Source: the human T2T-CHM13v2.0 reference genome, Homo sapiens | NCBI RefSeq assembly: GCF_009914755.1 | Contig: NC_060945.1 | Strand: one strand, 5' to 3' | DNA length: 64,000 nt | Made by a program: the position numbers and the translations under genes | Shown: positions 42,028 through 59,138 of the stretch, piece after piece | How positions within the stretch are numbered: the stretch's first letter is position 1 | Layout: the number at the start of each line of letters is the position of its first letter | The notes under the pieces: model-generated | Seen by the model: the letters and a program-made list of their open reading frames with translations, nothing else | Database searches by the model: none | What the model was told of the DNA's origin: nothing

Positions 42028-45000
42028 TTGATGTCAAATATTTGTACTAAGATTGCGGGTGGCAAGAGTTAGCATCCTGCAGTTAGAAGCAAAATTAGAG
42101 ATTTGGACTGGTCAAGGACAGCATTGATATGTGTGGGGTATGTAAATCACCCAAGCTCTGCAAAAGTACTGAGAATAACTTGTATTTTCCAGACTGAAAA
42201 CCTACCATGATGGGGAGGGATTGAAGTGGGCCCTGGAACAACTCCGGAATACATTACAAGCTTAAGGGGAGAGCAAGGAATTTAGACCATAGAGCTCATC
42301 ATTCATCATTTTATTCCACATAAAATGGGTGTTTCAGCATGTCCAAAAGCATAGATAAGGAAATTGAGCTTCCCAAGAAGTTAAGCCAGTTGTTTGCAGT
42401 TAGAGAAAGCATGTTTTTATGAAGCTGTCCTACCCAGGAGCGGGGAACAGGTCCCTGGGCTCTATGACCATGGAAATCTCTAGATGAGTAAAAGAAAGCT
42501 TGGCAAAAATTGGGCAGGATCCTCAAACAAAGATTGAGAAAGGCTTTTCTCATCTGTGAATCAGAGTTCTGGGACTTTCCTGAGGATGAGAACAGCTGCA
42601 TGGCTGAAATGCAGCAGCCCAGAGCAAAGAGGGTGCTCCCTGGGGGGTCACAGCTGGTGAAGACTGAAAATCCAGATCCTAAAATTCAACCAGACCTATC
42701 ATACCAGCAGGCCACCACGAAATGACTGCAGGTTTCACTGGAGAGACGAGGTACTTGGCCTGCGAATTGCTTTCTATGTCCTAGACAAGTAATTGCGAGT
42801 AAGCCTTGAGATAGCAATTTGATAGTCTTTGATAGCAATATGACATTGCTACATCCAAGTGTGGGAGTCAGTACACTTATATTGCGCATATCTTGGACAT
42901 TTTAGGTTTCATTTTCATTTCTTTTTACCGTCAAACTGGGGGAAAGATTGGCCCTTCATCCCAGATTGTATTTATGCTCATTTTTGTTTTCACCCCTGCC
43001 CATGCCCACCCACCACACTCCTGTCCATCCTCTCCCTCGCTACTCATATACCCCTGGGAAAAGCTCACTGCATTTAGATCCCAGGTTCTTCTCCCCCAAG
43101 GCACATCGCTTAACATTAATGCTGGGTGCTCACTTGATGGCAATAACATTTCTTTTGAAATTTTCAAGAATATGACTCTTCAAGAAGCAACAACTAGAAA
43201 GAATTAAAAGTTCACATGACTGTCAGAGAAAATATAGCAGAGGCAGTAGCAGTCCTCGCTGAGAAACCCAGGGAGCAACTGGTTGGGCTGAGAAGGTTCG
43301 TGAGGAATCTTTCATGGAGAAAATTATTTTGCCAACAGTTCCTTGATTATTATTTAATCATACAGTTGGCTCTCTTGTGTTCCTTTAAGATCTGTGAGAT
43401 AGGTACAAACAAGATTTTATATTCAATAGCTTATACCTGTAAGCAGTACAGGCTTTTAAAAGATTGGACTTTTAAGGCAAAGGTAATTGGTGTGAAGTAT
43501 TAGCCACTTAATGGAAAATGATAAAATGGTACATGTTTCAATCAGAATTATGAGCTGTGCTCGACGTGGCTGTTTGTAGCTGAAGTTCACTGATTTCTGT
43601 GCAATGATGAATTTCTTTGTGGCAGCTAAACTGCTCAGCCTAGAGTTACACAATCTTCAACGATGACGTTTCCACCCTTTGCTTGGGTCATTGAATGTCT
43701 CAGGAAGAGGCATGAAGAAGAATGAGGAGCTCGACCCACCTGGAGATGGGTAGACATGTTTGCTGAGCTATCAGTGAATTGACGCATCCAAGGATGCTTT
43801 TCTCCCTACAGGAATAATCTCCCGTCATGTCTCAAACTTCTCTCCATCTCACTAGTGAGGATGAATGCTGTCTTCCTCTAGGGTAGTGGAGGACAATCAG
43901 GTCACTGCCAGAAGACAGCTTTTCACACTCTCGCTTTCCTCGAGAGAATGTTAAACTAATTGGAGTGAGGCATGAAAGGATGAAATTTGGCCAAATTGGC
44001 AGGTGTGAACGTCCTTTCTTCACACCAAGTAGAGTCAACTGGGGAAAATGATGGTGCTGTCCTGATGTGAGACTGTTTCTCATAGCACGGTGCTGGCCAC
44101 TGCATGACACTCTCTACCAGCAGAGAAGTGGAGTGCTACTGTGAAAAGAACTGACGGATATGATTTGGTTCTGGGAAGTGAGTTTTGTAACACCATGCTG
44201 GAAACTAACTCATTAGCTGTGATCTTGCAAAAATTCTGGCATTCTGAGATAAAGCAATTTGATCACCAGTATGTCATATAAAGAGGTTTTGGAGTAGCTT
44301 TAAAAGACACAGTAGATCAATATGAAAATGAAATGTATCCATCTAATAAGAATATTCCTCTTGGAGGAGCCAGTAAAAGTGTGTGTTCTTGTGCCTGCCT
44401 TTGTGTGTGCAGACACGTGTGCATATGTGTGTATGTGCAGCATACATGTGTGTGGTATAAAGAAAGAAAAAAATCTTGTTGCGTAGGAAGAGTTGTGTAG
44501 AGCCTACTAAAAATTATATAGCCAAGGCATGTCTCTTAATTTTGGAACTACTAGGTGTTAAAAAGCAAAGGAAATGAACATCAGAGCAAGTGAAATATGA
44601 GAGCCAGAAAATATCAATGTGAGTTTTGATATCAATAGACCAATGAATTGCCAATGATGCAGAAGAGCTTTATGAGCCTTGGCAGGCAATTAGGTAAGAG
44701 TAGTTTCTTCTGGAGTGGCAATTTGAAGTGGTTATTAACTATATACTGAAATTTGACGGGCTAAAGAACCCAGTTAAAAAGAAAACCATCCATATCGAAT
44801 TGTTCCCTCTACTTTGTTTAAAAAACAAAAAACTTCATGATGAGCTGAAGTAAGAGATTTTTATACCAAACAAAGATGACTAAACTGAAAGTATGAAACC
44901 TTCTATTTTTAGTGAATCCTGACATTCTCTACTGCTAGCATTCCCAGCTTCCAGATAATATGTTCTCCAGTTGGCTGGTTATTGTGCTGTAAATCACGTT

Positions 45001-45169
45001 TCACTATATCAGCAAACGATGGCATGAACTTGAAGAGCAAAACAAAATCAGCTTGGAAAAAACTGACATAAAACCTCTAAAGTCTAAAGGTAGTCCCTTC
45101 CCTTAGAAAATGACTGGATTGATTACAATTGCATTGTATTATCAAATATGTGGTTTTATTTTAATTTTG

Positions 45170-45306
45170 TTTACTTTTTATTTGTTTACTTTTTGAGAGA
45201 TAGGATCTCACTATGTTGCCCAGGTTGGTCTCAAACTCCTGGCCTCAAGTGATTCACCTGCCCTTATCTCCCAAAGTGCTGAGGTTACAGGTGTGAGCCA
45301 TGGCAC
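45170..45306 (-). mobile_element. Alu monomer (FLAM-like)
   Basis: Left arm only, with T-rich tail. Confidence 0.85.
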
Positions 45307-47049
45307 TATTTTTAAAGATTAAAATATATTTAAACAATTAAATTCCAAGTGAAGAAAAACATAGATAAAGTGGAAGGTGATTAAAAAAGCAAGTGTTTGC
45401 TGCACTCTGTTTGCTGTTCTTTTCTCTGTTAGTTGCTGAATCACACTTATGATAAATTACATTTACAATTCATTTGAAAATAAAGCTAAATATCAAGTTT
45501 CGGGATATTAGAAAGTAGAGGCTACAGAGAAGTACTCTTATCTAAATCAGTAGGAAAAGTAGAATTTTTCCCATTGCTATGTGATAACATAGCTTATCAC
45601 TAGCCAATTTCTCACTATCTGCATAAGATTTTGCCAATGGACAGAAATCTGCTTCCTTACTTTCTGTGTCAATCAAAAATAGTATCCTGAGATATTATTT
45701 TGTGTTTCACAGACTAGAAATTTTTAGCAACCTGAGGACATGTGACTTGAAAACATGAGCAGTGCCAAGAATTATATTCTCTTCCAGTTTTCATAGCTAA
45801 AGGGAGTTAGAGTTGAACAATTCCCAGAACAGCACAGAAAGCTAGAAAATATTAAATTTACAGGCTAAGGCTTTGCCATTGAAAGCTGACTATGGAGATT
45901 TTTAGGGTAGGCAGGAAGAACAACACAATCTAGAAGTTTGGGATCTTGCTATATTTCCCCTTCACTAAGACTTTTCTAAGTAAATAGTTAATTAATATCC
46001 CAGGATCTCAATTTCCATATCTGTAAAGTGAAAGATTTGAATGGATAAACTATAAGGTCTCTTTCAAATAAAAAATTTTATCCTTGTATGGCACTCTCCA
46101 TAATTACACACATGTATAATCTAACCCTATGGAACTACACATTAATTTCCCAAGTGTGATATTTATGATCTCTTCTGATGGTTGCATGCCATTTGTTAAC
46201 GTGACTTTGACCTTTCCTGGTCTGTGTGGCAGCTGAGCTACTACTGCTATATCCTGAACCAGGGCTTTGGCTAAGCAGGGATGTCCAAGTGCATTCCTTA
46301 TGACCCAGAGAGGCTCATAATTCCATACAGGAACATTCATGGGACCTTGAAGAATTTATGTTTGTGTTGGTAAATTTCTCTTCATGGCCTCCTTGAGAGC
46401 AATGAAAGAAGTGTATTTTCTGACAGCTCCAACTTCTTACTGCCTGTGTTTGCTCAGCATTATTTCAGTCATAGGTGTCCGGAACCCCAGAAAGTGCAAA
46501 GACATCCTCACAGCTCCATGAATATATGACCAATACTCTTCAGAGGGGACTGAAGATGGATTAGCACTTTGTAGGTAGAGGTTCAAATCCCAATTGCAAC
46601 AGCAGGCTGTGTAACCTTGGGAAATTTGACCTCTCTCCTTTGTAAGTGGGCACAATGGATAACATGAGACCATATTTGTAAATCACCTGATGCGGTATGG
46701 CAGGCTCAAGGAGTGTTGTCTTTGCACTGCCCTTCCATGCTGTGTTTATCCTGTTATGAATAAAATGAATTCAACCTGTTAGACTGTCAGCGCCTTCATA
46801 ACTGGCCTTCCCTTTCGGCTTGAGGCATGCCATCTGCCGTATTTTGCACCAACTTCAAGAACATAATGTACTTACAAAATACTTGTCAGTGTGGACTCTG
46901 AATGAATTTTTATAGCATTAAAAACAAAAACAGACAATCAGAGCAAGGAACAAGAACAAGCCATTTACAACAGAATAAACACAAATGGCTAATCAATATA
47001 TGAAAAATTGGTCCAACTTTATCCTCAGAGATCCACAATTTAAAAAAAT

Positions 47050-49240
<2,191 letters not shown>

Positions 49241-49552
49241 TCTTAAACTGTTAGTGGAAGTGCAAATTAACTTTAAAAAGCCACTCACTTTGGAGGACAG
49301 TTTGGCAATTTCATTCATTTTGAGCCAACAAACCCATTTGTGGGAATTTACCTTAAGAAGATAATTACAGAACTATGAAATGATGTGTGCTCAAGTTATT
49401 GCAGCCTTCTTTTACAATAAAGAATCGGAAACATACTCTGTAGAAGTTTTAAAAAATAGTAATTTTCTGATATACACAAAATGATGTACTATGCAGCCAT
49501 TAAAATGATGGTATGGAAATAAGTACTTCACACGTAAAATACCTATAATATA

Positions 49553-50505
<953 letters not shown>

Positions 50506-51231
50506 TTCTGTTGAATAAATAGTGTGTCACAGAGTAGCATGCCATTTTACCTTTTGTCTTTTACCACTTTCGTGAAAACGTTCGCCTTCTTCTCTTTGTA
50601 TTTGTGTACATAAGGAGATGTACAGCGGATGACTGGTAAAAGTGAACAGTGTTTACCTCTAGGTGCTGGAATTTGGGATAGCATTTTGTTTTTCCTTTGA
50701 GATTTTCTCTGCTGTTAGAACTAAAGTAATTCAGCCTATATCAAAACAACAATAATAAAGTTACTTTCAAAGGAAGAATAATTTTGCTCTGAACTGTGCC
50801 TACCACTATCTCCCCTTACTATTGAGGACCACACCATTTTGACCCTGAATTTCTACTTTCAAACCACAAGAGAATCCCAATAAACTATAGTAACATGGAG
50901 AACTGGTGTAAGAAAAACACAGGAGCTTGTTTTCATTGAATTTCCTTGCAATAATTACACGAGTTTAATTAAAACAAATAAATTAGAATTGATACACTGG
51001 AATCAATATGCAAAAAACAAAATGTGCTTGTTTTACGGGTCCTAATAGGATTCCAAGCAGGAACCATTTTCTAGCATTTATTTCTAGCACATCTATCTTT
51101 GAATGGAAATTTGTGGGAGATGATGAGAGAAATCTAAACATTTCCCATTTTGGTGCTTATCATCAGCCCAGAAGGTTTAGTTCATCCAGTCTTGTTCAGA
51201 ATTGTTCATGCTCTGTCATGCCTGTGCTCAT

Positions 51232-52214
51232 TGATGTGGTTGGCTCCGTGTCCCCACCTAAATCTCATCTCCAGTTGCAATTCCCATGTGTCAGGGGATG
51301 GGGCCTCGTGGGAGGTGATTGAATCGTGGGGGTGGACTTCCCCCTTGCTGTTCTTGTGAGAGTGCGTGAGTTCTCATGAGATCTGGTTGTTTGAAAGTAT
51401 GTGGCACTCCTCCCCTTGCTCTCTCTCTCTTGCTGTCAGAGGTGATTGAACCAGAACAACTCCATTTTGAGTAGGGGCTGGGTAAAGTAAGGCTGAGACC
51501 TACTGGGCTGCATTCTCAGACAGCTGGTTAAGCTTTCTAAGTCACAGGATGAGATGGGCGGTTGGCACAAGATACAAGTCATAAAGTCCTTGCTGATAAA
51601 ACAGATTGCAGTAAAGAAGCTGGCCAAAACCCACCATAACAAAGAAGGCCACATGAGTGACCTCTGGTCATTCTCACTACTCATTATATGCTAATTATAA
51701 TGCATTAGCAAGCCAAGAGACGTTCCCACCAGCACCATGAGAGTTTACAAATGCCATGGCAATGTCAGGAAGCTACCTTATATGGTCTAAAAAGGGGAGG
51801 AGTACTCAGTTCTAGGAATTGCCCATCCCTTTCCCAGAAAACTCATGAATAATTCACCCCTTGTTTAGCATATAATCAAGAAATAATCATAAAAATGGGC
51901 AACCAGCAGCCCTGGAGTAACCATTCTTTTATTACTTGACATTCTTAGTGAACTTGCTCTCACTTTACTCTATGGATTCACCTTGAATATTTTCTTGCCC
52001 AAATCCAAGAGCCCTCTCTTGGGGTCTGGATCTGGACCCCTTTCCAGTAACACTGCCACCACATGAAGAAGGTGCTTGCTTCCCCTTCGCCTTCCATCAT
52101 GATTTTAAGTTTCCTGAGGCCTCCCAGTCATGCTTCCCATTAAACCTGCAGAACTATGAGTCAAACCTCTTTTCTTCATAAATTTTTATAGCAGTGTGAA
52201 AACAAACTAATATA
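51232..52214 (+). mobile_element. MST (MaLR) solo LTR hosting MER41B
   Basis: TGATGTGGTTGGCTCCGTGTCCCCACC...; resumes at 52053 and ends AAACTAATATA. Confidence 0.85.
51434..52052 (+). mobile_element. MER41B-type ERV1 solo LTR with tandem GAS motifs
   Basis: TGTCAGAGG..TTGAACCAGA...CCCCTTTCCAGTAACA; TSD TTGC/CTGC; TTCTAGGAA 51810-51818 and TTCCCAGAA 51831-51839. Confidence 0.9.
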
Positions 52215-52546
52215 CCCAGGCTGTTCCACATCTGGCTAAAAAGACCCTCTGCACCTTGAATTGCTAGACAAATCCCATTGTTCTACCAAGACTGGCTTTG
52301 ATTCACATCTATGCTCCCAATACTGTGTAAAAACTGCCTGGAGATCTGTTTCTTGCTTATCTATCTTCACATCTCCAGAGCTCTGTGCCTGGAATACTGT
52401 GAGCACTGTGCCTGGAATATTGGCAGCACTCAATAAATGTTTGTTGAGTAAATGCATGCATGTGTGCATGCAGGCAGTGGTCAGATTGTAAAAGGCTTTA
52501 TAAGCCTTTTACATGCTAAAAGGGAATGCTAAAGAAAGGGAAATCA

Positions 52547-52859
<313 letters not shown>

Positions 52860-54575
52860 TCACAGGAGTAGGGTCCTATGTTGCCTTAGAGGTAGTGTGG
52901 CTGCTTTCTTGATGTCCTCTCCTTACTCGTACCTGCCCAGTCTTGTAGCTTTCAGTATGATCCACAAATTCAACACACACATACCCCCACCACGCCCAAC
53001 ATACACACATATACATACATAAATACACAAACAACAGAAAAGAAAATGTCACCACATATTTCACATGACCTTAGTTCTTTGTTTAAATGAAAAAAAATCT
53101 CATAATTTTTTCTCACTGAAAAATGAATATATAGTCAATGTACACTAGACTATAGAAAAAAGTACAAAGAAGAAACATCACTTGATATCCCATTATCTAC
53201 AGATGAATGGTTAGAGTTTTGCTGTCTTTTCTATATAGGCATATATATTTACATATATATGCATATATTTAAGTGGCTGATAAGACAAAAAATAAAACAA
53301 TTAAAGGAGATGTTCTTTTTTCTTGGGAATATCAGTTGAACAGACTGTACATTTTGTCTTTTGTAAATTTAAGGCTAGCTAGAAACTCTTACACTTGGGA
53401 AAAAGAAGTATTCACAGATCTTTGTGTTTTTGTGTGGCTTTTACTCCCCTTTTACTAATAGAATTTTTTTTTTTTAAATCAAGAGTAAACATGAATGAAG
53501 GGTTATAGATTTTGGAAAGACATAACAGAAAGCAGCTGCCTCATGCACCCTCTCTCTTCACTTCTAATCCTGTTCACCAAAGCTAAGGACATTCAACCAT
53601 TTGCACTTTTTTTCATATGTATCTCCTTATTTTTAAAGGACATGCCTATATTGCTATTCTGGATTTTTCATTTTTAGTAGTTATCTATTCTTACCATGGA
53701 AGATGAAGATTTCATTCTCTTACATGCCCCCTCCCCACTCTTCCAACCCATGTTCCTTCCTTATGCTCCAAATACTGTTCATCATCATTTTTGTTCAGAG
53801 TAGACTGTTGAAGACATTGTTTCAATAATCTTCTCATTTTATTTACAGTTAAGCTATGTGTCATTTAATTTTTCTTGTAGAACATTTTGTTTTTCCTGGA
53901 GTTTATAATTGTGTTATTTTTTAGTTTGTTTGTAAGTATGTTTATTTAGATACTGAGAAAAAAATTTACTCGAATTTTACCAGTGCCAATACCTGGTTTA
54001 GGGTAGAATATTTTTGAAAATGACCTACAATTCCTAGTAAATTGCTTGAGCAATTTTCTGGTAGAATTTAACAAGATGAAGAGCCCACTTTAGAGGTTGG
54101 ATTTATCTGCCCAGCTAACTGTCGTCAGCCTTATGATGAGCTTCATAAACTTTAGCCAGACTTTATTATACCTAGTCTAACAAAGTCACCTAGCCAGCTT
54201 TCTTTCTCTTTAAATGTCTCTACCAGAGAAATCTTGACTGGCTTTATCAGAAGCCTTTGCTCTTGCAGCAAGTTTGACATAAAATATTGACACTAACCAG
54301 TAACCAATTCGCTTGGAAAGTTCCTTCAGCTATGTTCATCATTAATTCTTCCACTTAGTTTCCCCAAGAAGTGGAAATGGCCTCCCAATACCTTAAAACA
54401 CATTGGGTAATCTCTACATTTCATTCTTTCCTTGAAGACATCCTTCTTGGAGCATGCTATTTTCTGGCTGCATTGTAGGTTGATGAGTCTCTAGACTTGC
54501 TGCACAGAGATCGTCATGGGGACTTCTTTTGCCATCTTCCTGGGAATTCCCTTTCCCCTCTCCTAGATTGGATGA

Positions 54576-55060
54576 AGAGTTGGTCTCATGGGGGTCTGTG
54601 ACCGTTGCAATCGCACTTACCAGGGCTCTGCATTTGGCTTAGCACTCTGCTGTTGCCATTTTGAAATTCTTAATAGCTGGGCACGGTGGCTCACACCTGT
54701 AATCCCAGCACTTTGGGAGGCCAAGGCTGGCAGATCACTTGAGGCCAAGAGTTTGAAACCATCCTGGCCAACATGGTGAAACCCCATCTCTACTAACAAA
54801 ACAAAAATTAGCCAGGTGTGGTGGCAACGCACCTGTAATCCCAGCTACTCCAGAGACTGAGGCACTAGAATCTCTTGAATCCAGGAGGCGGAGGTTGCGG
54901 TGAGCTGAGATCGTGCCACTGCACTCTAGGCCTGGGCGACAGAGCAAGACTTTGTCTCAAAAAAAAAAAAAAAAAAAAAAAGAAATTCTTAATAAGTTCT
55001 GAACAAGGGGCCCTGTGTTTTCATTTTGCACTGGGTCCCGCAAATTATATAGTTGCTCCT
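54576..55060. mobile_element. MER45A-like hAT fossil, interrupted by an Alu
   Basis: CTCTGCTGTTGCCATTTTGAAATTCTTAATA...GAACAAGGGGCCC...TTTTCATTTTGCACTGGG. Confidence 0.7.
54677..54981 (+). mobile_element. AluS
   Basis: TSD GAAATTCTTAATA (54663-54675 and 54982-54994). Confidence 0.94.
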
Positions 55061-55222
55061 TATTGGACTCCCAGGTTTCTGTCTTTTGGTTTTTTTTTGG
55101 CAACTCTCTCTTTTTGGGGGAGCACCTACTCTAGCAGCTTCCTAAGTAATGCTGTATAAGAGATAAGAGTTTTTGAAATTTTGCATGTCTGAAAAAAAAT
55201 CTTTATCTTACCCTCATATTCT

Positions 55223-55526
55223 TTTTTTTTTTTTTTTTTTACTTTAAGTTCTGGGATACATGTGCTGAACGTGCAGGTTTGTTACATGGGTATACATGTG
55301 CCACGGTGGTTTGCTGCACCCATCAACTCATCATCCAGGCTTTAAGCCCCATATGCATTAAGTATTTGTCCTAATGCTCTCCCTCCCCTGTCCCTACCCC
55401 CTGACAGGCCCCTGTGTGTGATGTTCCCCTCCCTGTGCCCATGTGTTCTCATTGTTCAACTCCCACCTATGAGTGAGAACATGTAGTGTTTGGCTTTCTG
55501 TTCCTGTGTTAGTTTGCTGAGGATGA
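55223..55526 (-). mobile_element. 5'-truncated L1PA 3' end
   Basis: Poly(T) plus L1PA 3' UTR; 19-bp TSD TATCTTACCCT(C/T)AT(A/G)TTCT. Confidence 0.93.
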
Positions 55527-55603
55527 TATCTTACCCTTATGTTCTAATAATAGTATGGTTCAGTATAGAATTCCCAGGTGGAAATTATTTTCCTTGAGGG
55601 TTT

Positions 55604-55703
55604 GTTTTTGTTTTTGTTTTTTTTTGAGACAAAGTCTCATACTGTTGCCCAGGCTGGAGTGCAGTGGAGTGATCTCGGCTCACTGCAACCTCCGCATCCC
55701 AGG
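55604..55703 (-). mobile_element. Severely 5'-truncated Alu (~80 nt plus tail)
   Basis: Perfect 15-bp TSD TTTCCTTGAGGGTTT (55589-55603 and 55704-55718). Confidence 0.9.
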
Positions 55704-56028
55704 TTTCCTTGAGGGTTTGAAGGCATTGCTTCATTGTCTTCTGATGTCCAGTGCTTCTGTTAAGAAAACAGATGCCCTTTGATTCCCGACCTGTGGATAC
55801 GATCTGTATTTTCTCTCAGTTGCAGCTTTGCCATCTACTTTCTGGCAATCAAGCTTGATTGCTGTTGTCTTGTCTCATCTCCTTGTTTTTGCAGGTGATT
55901 ATTTAAAAGTCACCATTTTAGCAGTATTTTGAGAGAGAGCAGATGTAAACACACATTTTCAATCCGAGCCACTTTTAAATGTCTGTGTTGCTTATAAAGT
56001 CAGCTCTTTCTCTTCGTATGTAGAATCA

Positions 56029-56257
<229 letters not shown>

Positions 56258-58835
56258 AGAGAAAATTCAATGTTAAGGAAACCTTTGCTCCTGATGAGAA
56301 AGAACACGAAAAACTGCAGGGAAAAATTCACTATTAGAAGGAAGTAGACTGTATTGGTAACCTAGTTGTGCCTGCTGGATCAAAGTTTGGCTACATGAGA
56401 TTGAACAAAAGAACCATCTCCTTGTTACCCAAGGAGATGTATCATGCCAAATCTATTGTTTTTGTTTTGTTTTCTTCAAATTATTTTTTCCTTAATAACC
56501 TGGCAGTGATTCAAAATATGAAAAGAAGATTCAGATGTGTTCTCTTTAAGGGGGATTCGACCATGACTGCCTTACATAAGCAGGATCAAAGTCCATCATG
56601 GGACTGGATTCCAGAGAACAATGATGGTAAGAAGGCTTCAGGGCTCACAGTTTGAAGAGTGTTGTTACAGAAATTCTCTGAGGGGTAGCAGGTGCAGAAG
56701 AGTCATAAAATTTAAGGGACCAACCATGGATAGGCTGTTGCCAGGTCATGAGCACCTTGAAGCATCTCTTGATGGCCATTCATTAGCCTAAGTATTTGTT
56801 GTCTGGGAGAACTGAGCAAGATGAGCTGCACAGTTCAGTTGTCCATAGGGTCATGTTTCTTCAGCACAGAGACCTGGTCTCCCTGATCATTGTGGGTTAT
56901 GGAAAAACGTGACCACACTTAAGGCAGAAGTTTCAATTCCCTCTGCAATTTTTCCTGCAGCACTACCTGCCTAAACACTTCACATATATGTCAATTCCCT
57001 TCCAGATTCTCTATTGTTGAACACGAATGTGTGTGGTTTTAAACTATTATGAATAATGCCATCAATATCCCAAATCACATATTTTTGCATATTCTTCATT
57101 TTTTCCCCATGCACATTTTACATATTGTGTTTTGCCAGCATACCTCCAGAAAAGTTGCTTCTTCCTCAGACTTAGTGTAATTTTACTTAATTTTTTTTAA
57201 AACACAGCAAATATAACAAATGGAAGAAATGACAGGGTCATTTCAGCCTCTTTTTATTTGAATATCTGTATTTCTTAAGGTTCATTTTCATCTTTGATAG
57301 AATTGGAATGCATTTACAACATGATTATAATATCTGATTATTAATAAATCAGAAATAAGGATGTATTTTTTGTTATCACTGAGATTTCACCTTCATGTAG
57401 CTCTGTACCCACTTCTAAGTATATTTTACAAGCATTTCTCTAAGAATTCCAACCATGTGAAAGTACTCTGGCAATAAAATTTTAAAAGCCTCTGTTTGCA
57501 CTTTGTACTTTTTAAAGGTAAGAGAAATTTGAGGCACAGGTGGGCAGCTGAGCCCTTGAGAGAAAGCAACAATAGCACCAGGTTTATCACCGTTCAGGTA
57601 AATGTTAGAATGTGGAATGCTTTTATTATCCCTGACATAGAGATCCTTCCAGTGTATTTAGACTGAGGGGTAGTTTTATTGTGCCAACTGTCAAAAGGTA
57701 TTGACTTCAATGTATGTGGGAAAAGATTGGACTCCAGAGGCACCGTGATTTTCCTTGCTCTCCTGGATGGTGCTGCACAGCCCACGGGGGCTCTGGCGGC
57801 TGCATACATGTGCAGTAAGTGCACCTGAAAAGAATACATGTGCTCAGGTGTGTATTCTGCCATCCAAATTTGCTGTACAAGCTCCCTTGAAGTTGACTAT
57901 TGATTTGCTGCCAAATGCAAGGGCAAGAGACTTAATGAACAGTTGGCAACATTTATGCCAAATTATCTTTAATTTTTTTAAGGGACTATATCTTTTTCAA
58001 GTAGTCTGGCAGTGAACTTCAGCTTCACTCATTCTCTCACCCTCCTCAATATCCAGTTAGTTATTTGGCCTGGCAATTCAACTTCCAAAAATCCCTCTCA
58101 ATTCAGTATCTCCTTTCCATCCTGAGCTACCGCTGCTCATGTTCTAGCTCATGAATTTAATCCCAACACTAATGAGGCTCCCTGCTTACTGGATCTTCCT
58201 TTCTTAATAACTCATCACTCTAAATCCATTAGGTCATTGTTCTTAAGAATCTTAATGGAGAAAATATTCACAAGAGGTTAACGTAATGCAAAAGATGGTG
58301 AAACGCTCTGGAATAAGGATGGAAGCTTAATGGGAAACAAATACCCCATCCTATTTTTGCATGTCCTCTGATCTCCTGCTGGGGCCACCCACTGCCAAAA
58401 ACAACCAAAAGTTAGAGGGCAAGCAAAAGAGCATGGGTGATACCATCTATCTACAACAGTTAGCTTCTTAGGGTACAGACTAGGTGGAGAGATACCATGG
58501 TGGGGAAAACGACATGTGGACGCCATTCAGCACAGTTACTTTTTCTGACTCTCCCAAGAAGAACGCATTTTCCCCTCATTGATATTCCAAGAGAAATATC
58601 ATTTTATTGGTACCTCAACTGAGGCACCTGTGATACTATATTTGTAAATTATTTCCATGTTTAGACCTTAGCTCCTTCAGTTAAGAACTATATCTTAATT
58701 ATGTTCATATCTTTAGCAGTTAGCACTATCTTGCAGACAGTGGTGCCCAATATATGTTTGCTAAATAAAAGAACAAATGATGGCATAGTTGTCCTGGTGT
58801 CTTTAAAGAAAATAATGGCTATAAAGAAATCCTTT

Positions 58836-59138
<303 letters not shown>

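Noticed and set aside
43794-44700. Possible plus-strand exon signals (acceptor TGCTTTTCTCCCTACAG at 43810, donor TAG|GTAAGA at ~44695)
   Set aside because: Isolated splice-like motifs without a coherent exon or ORF; cannot be supported without transcript data.
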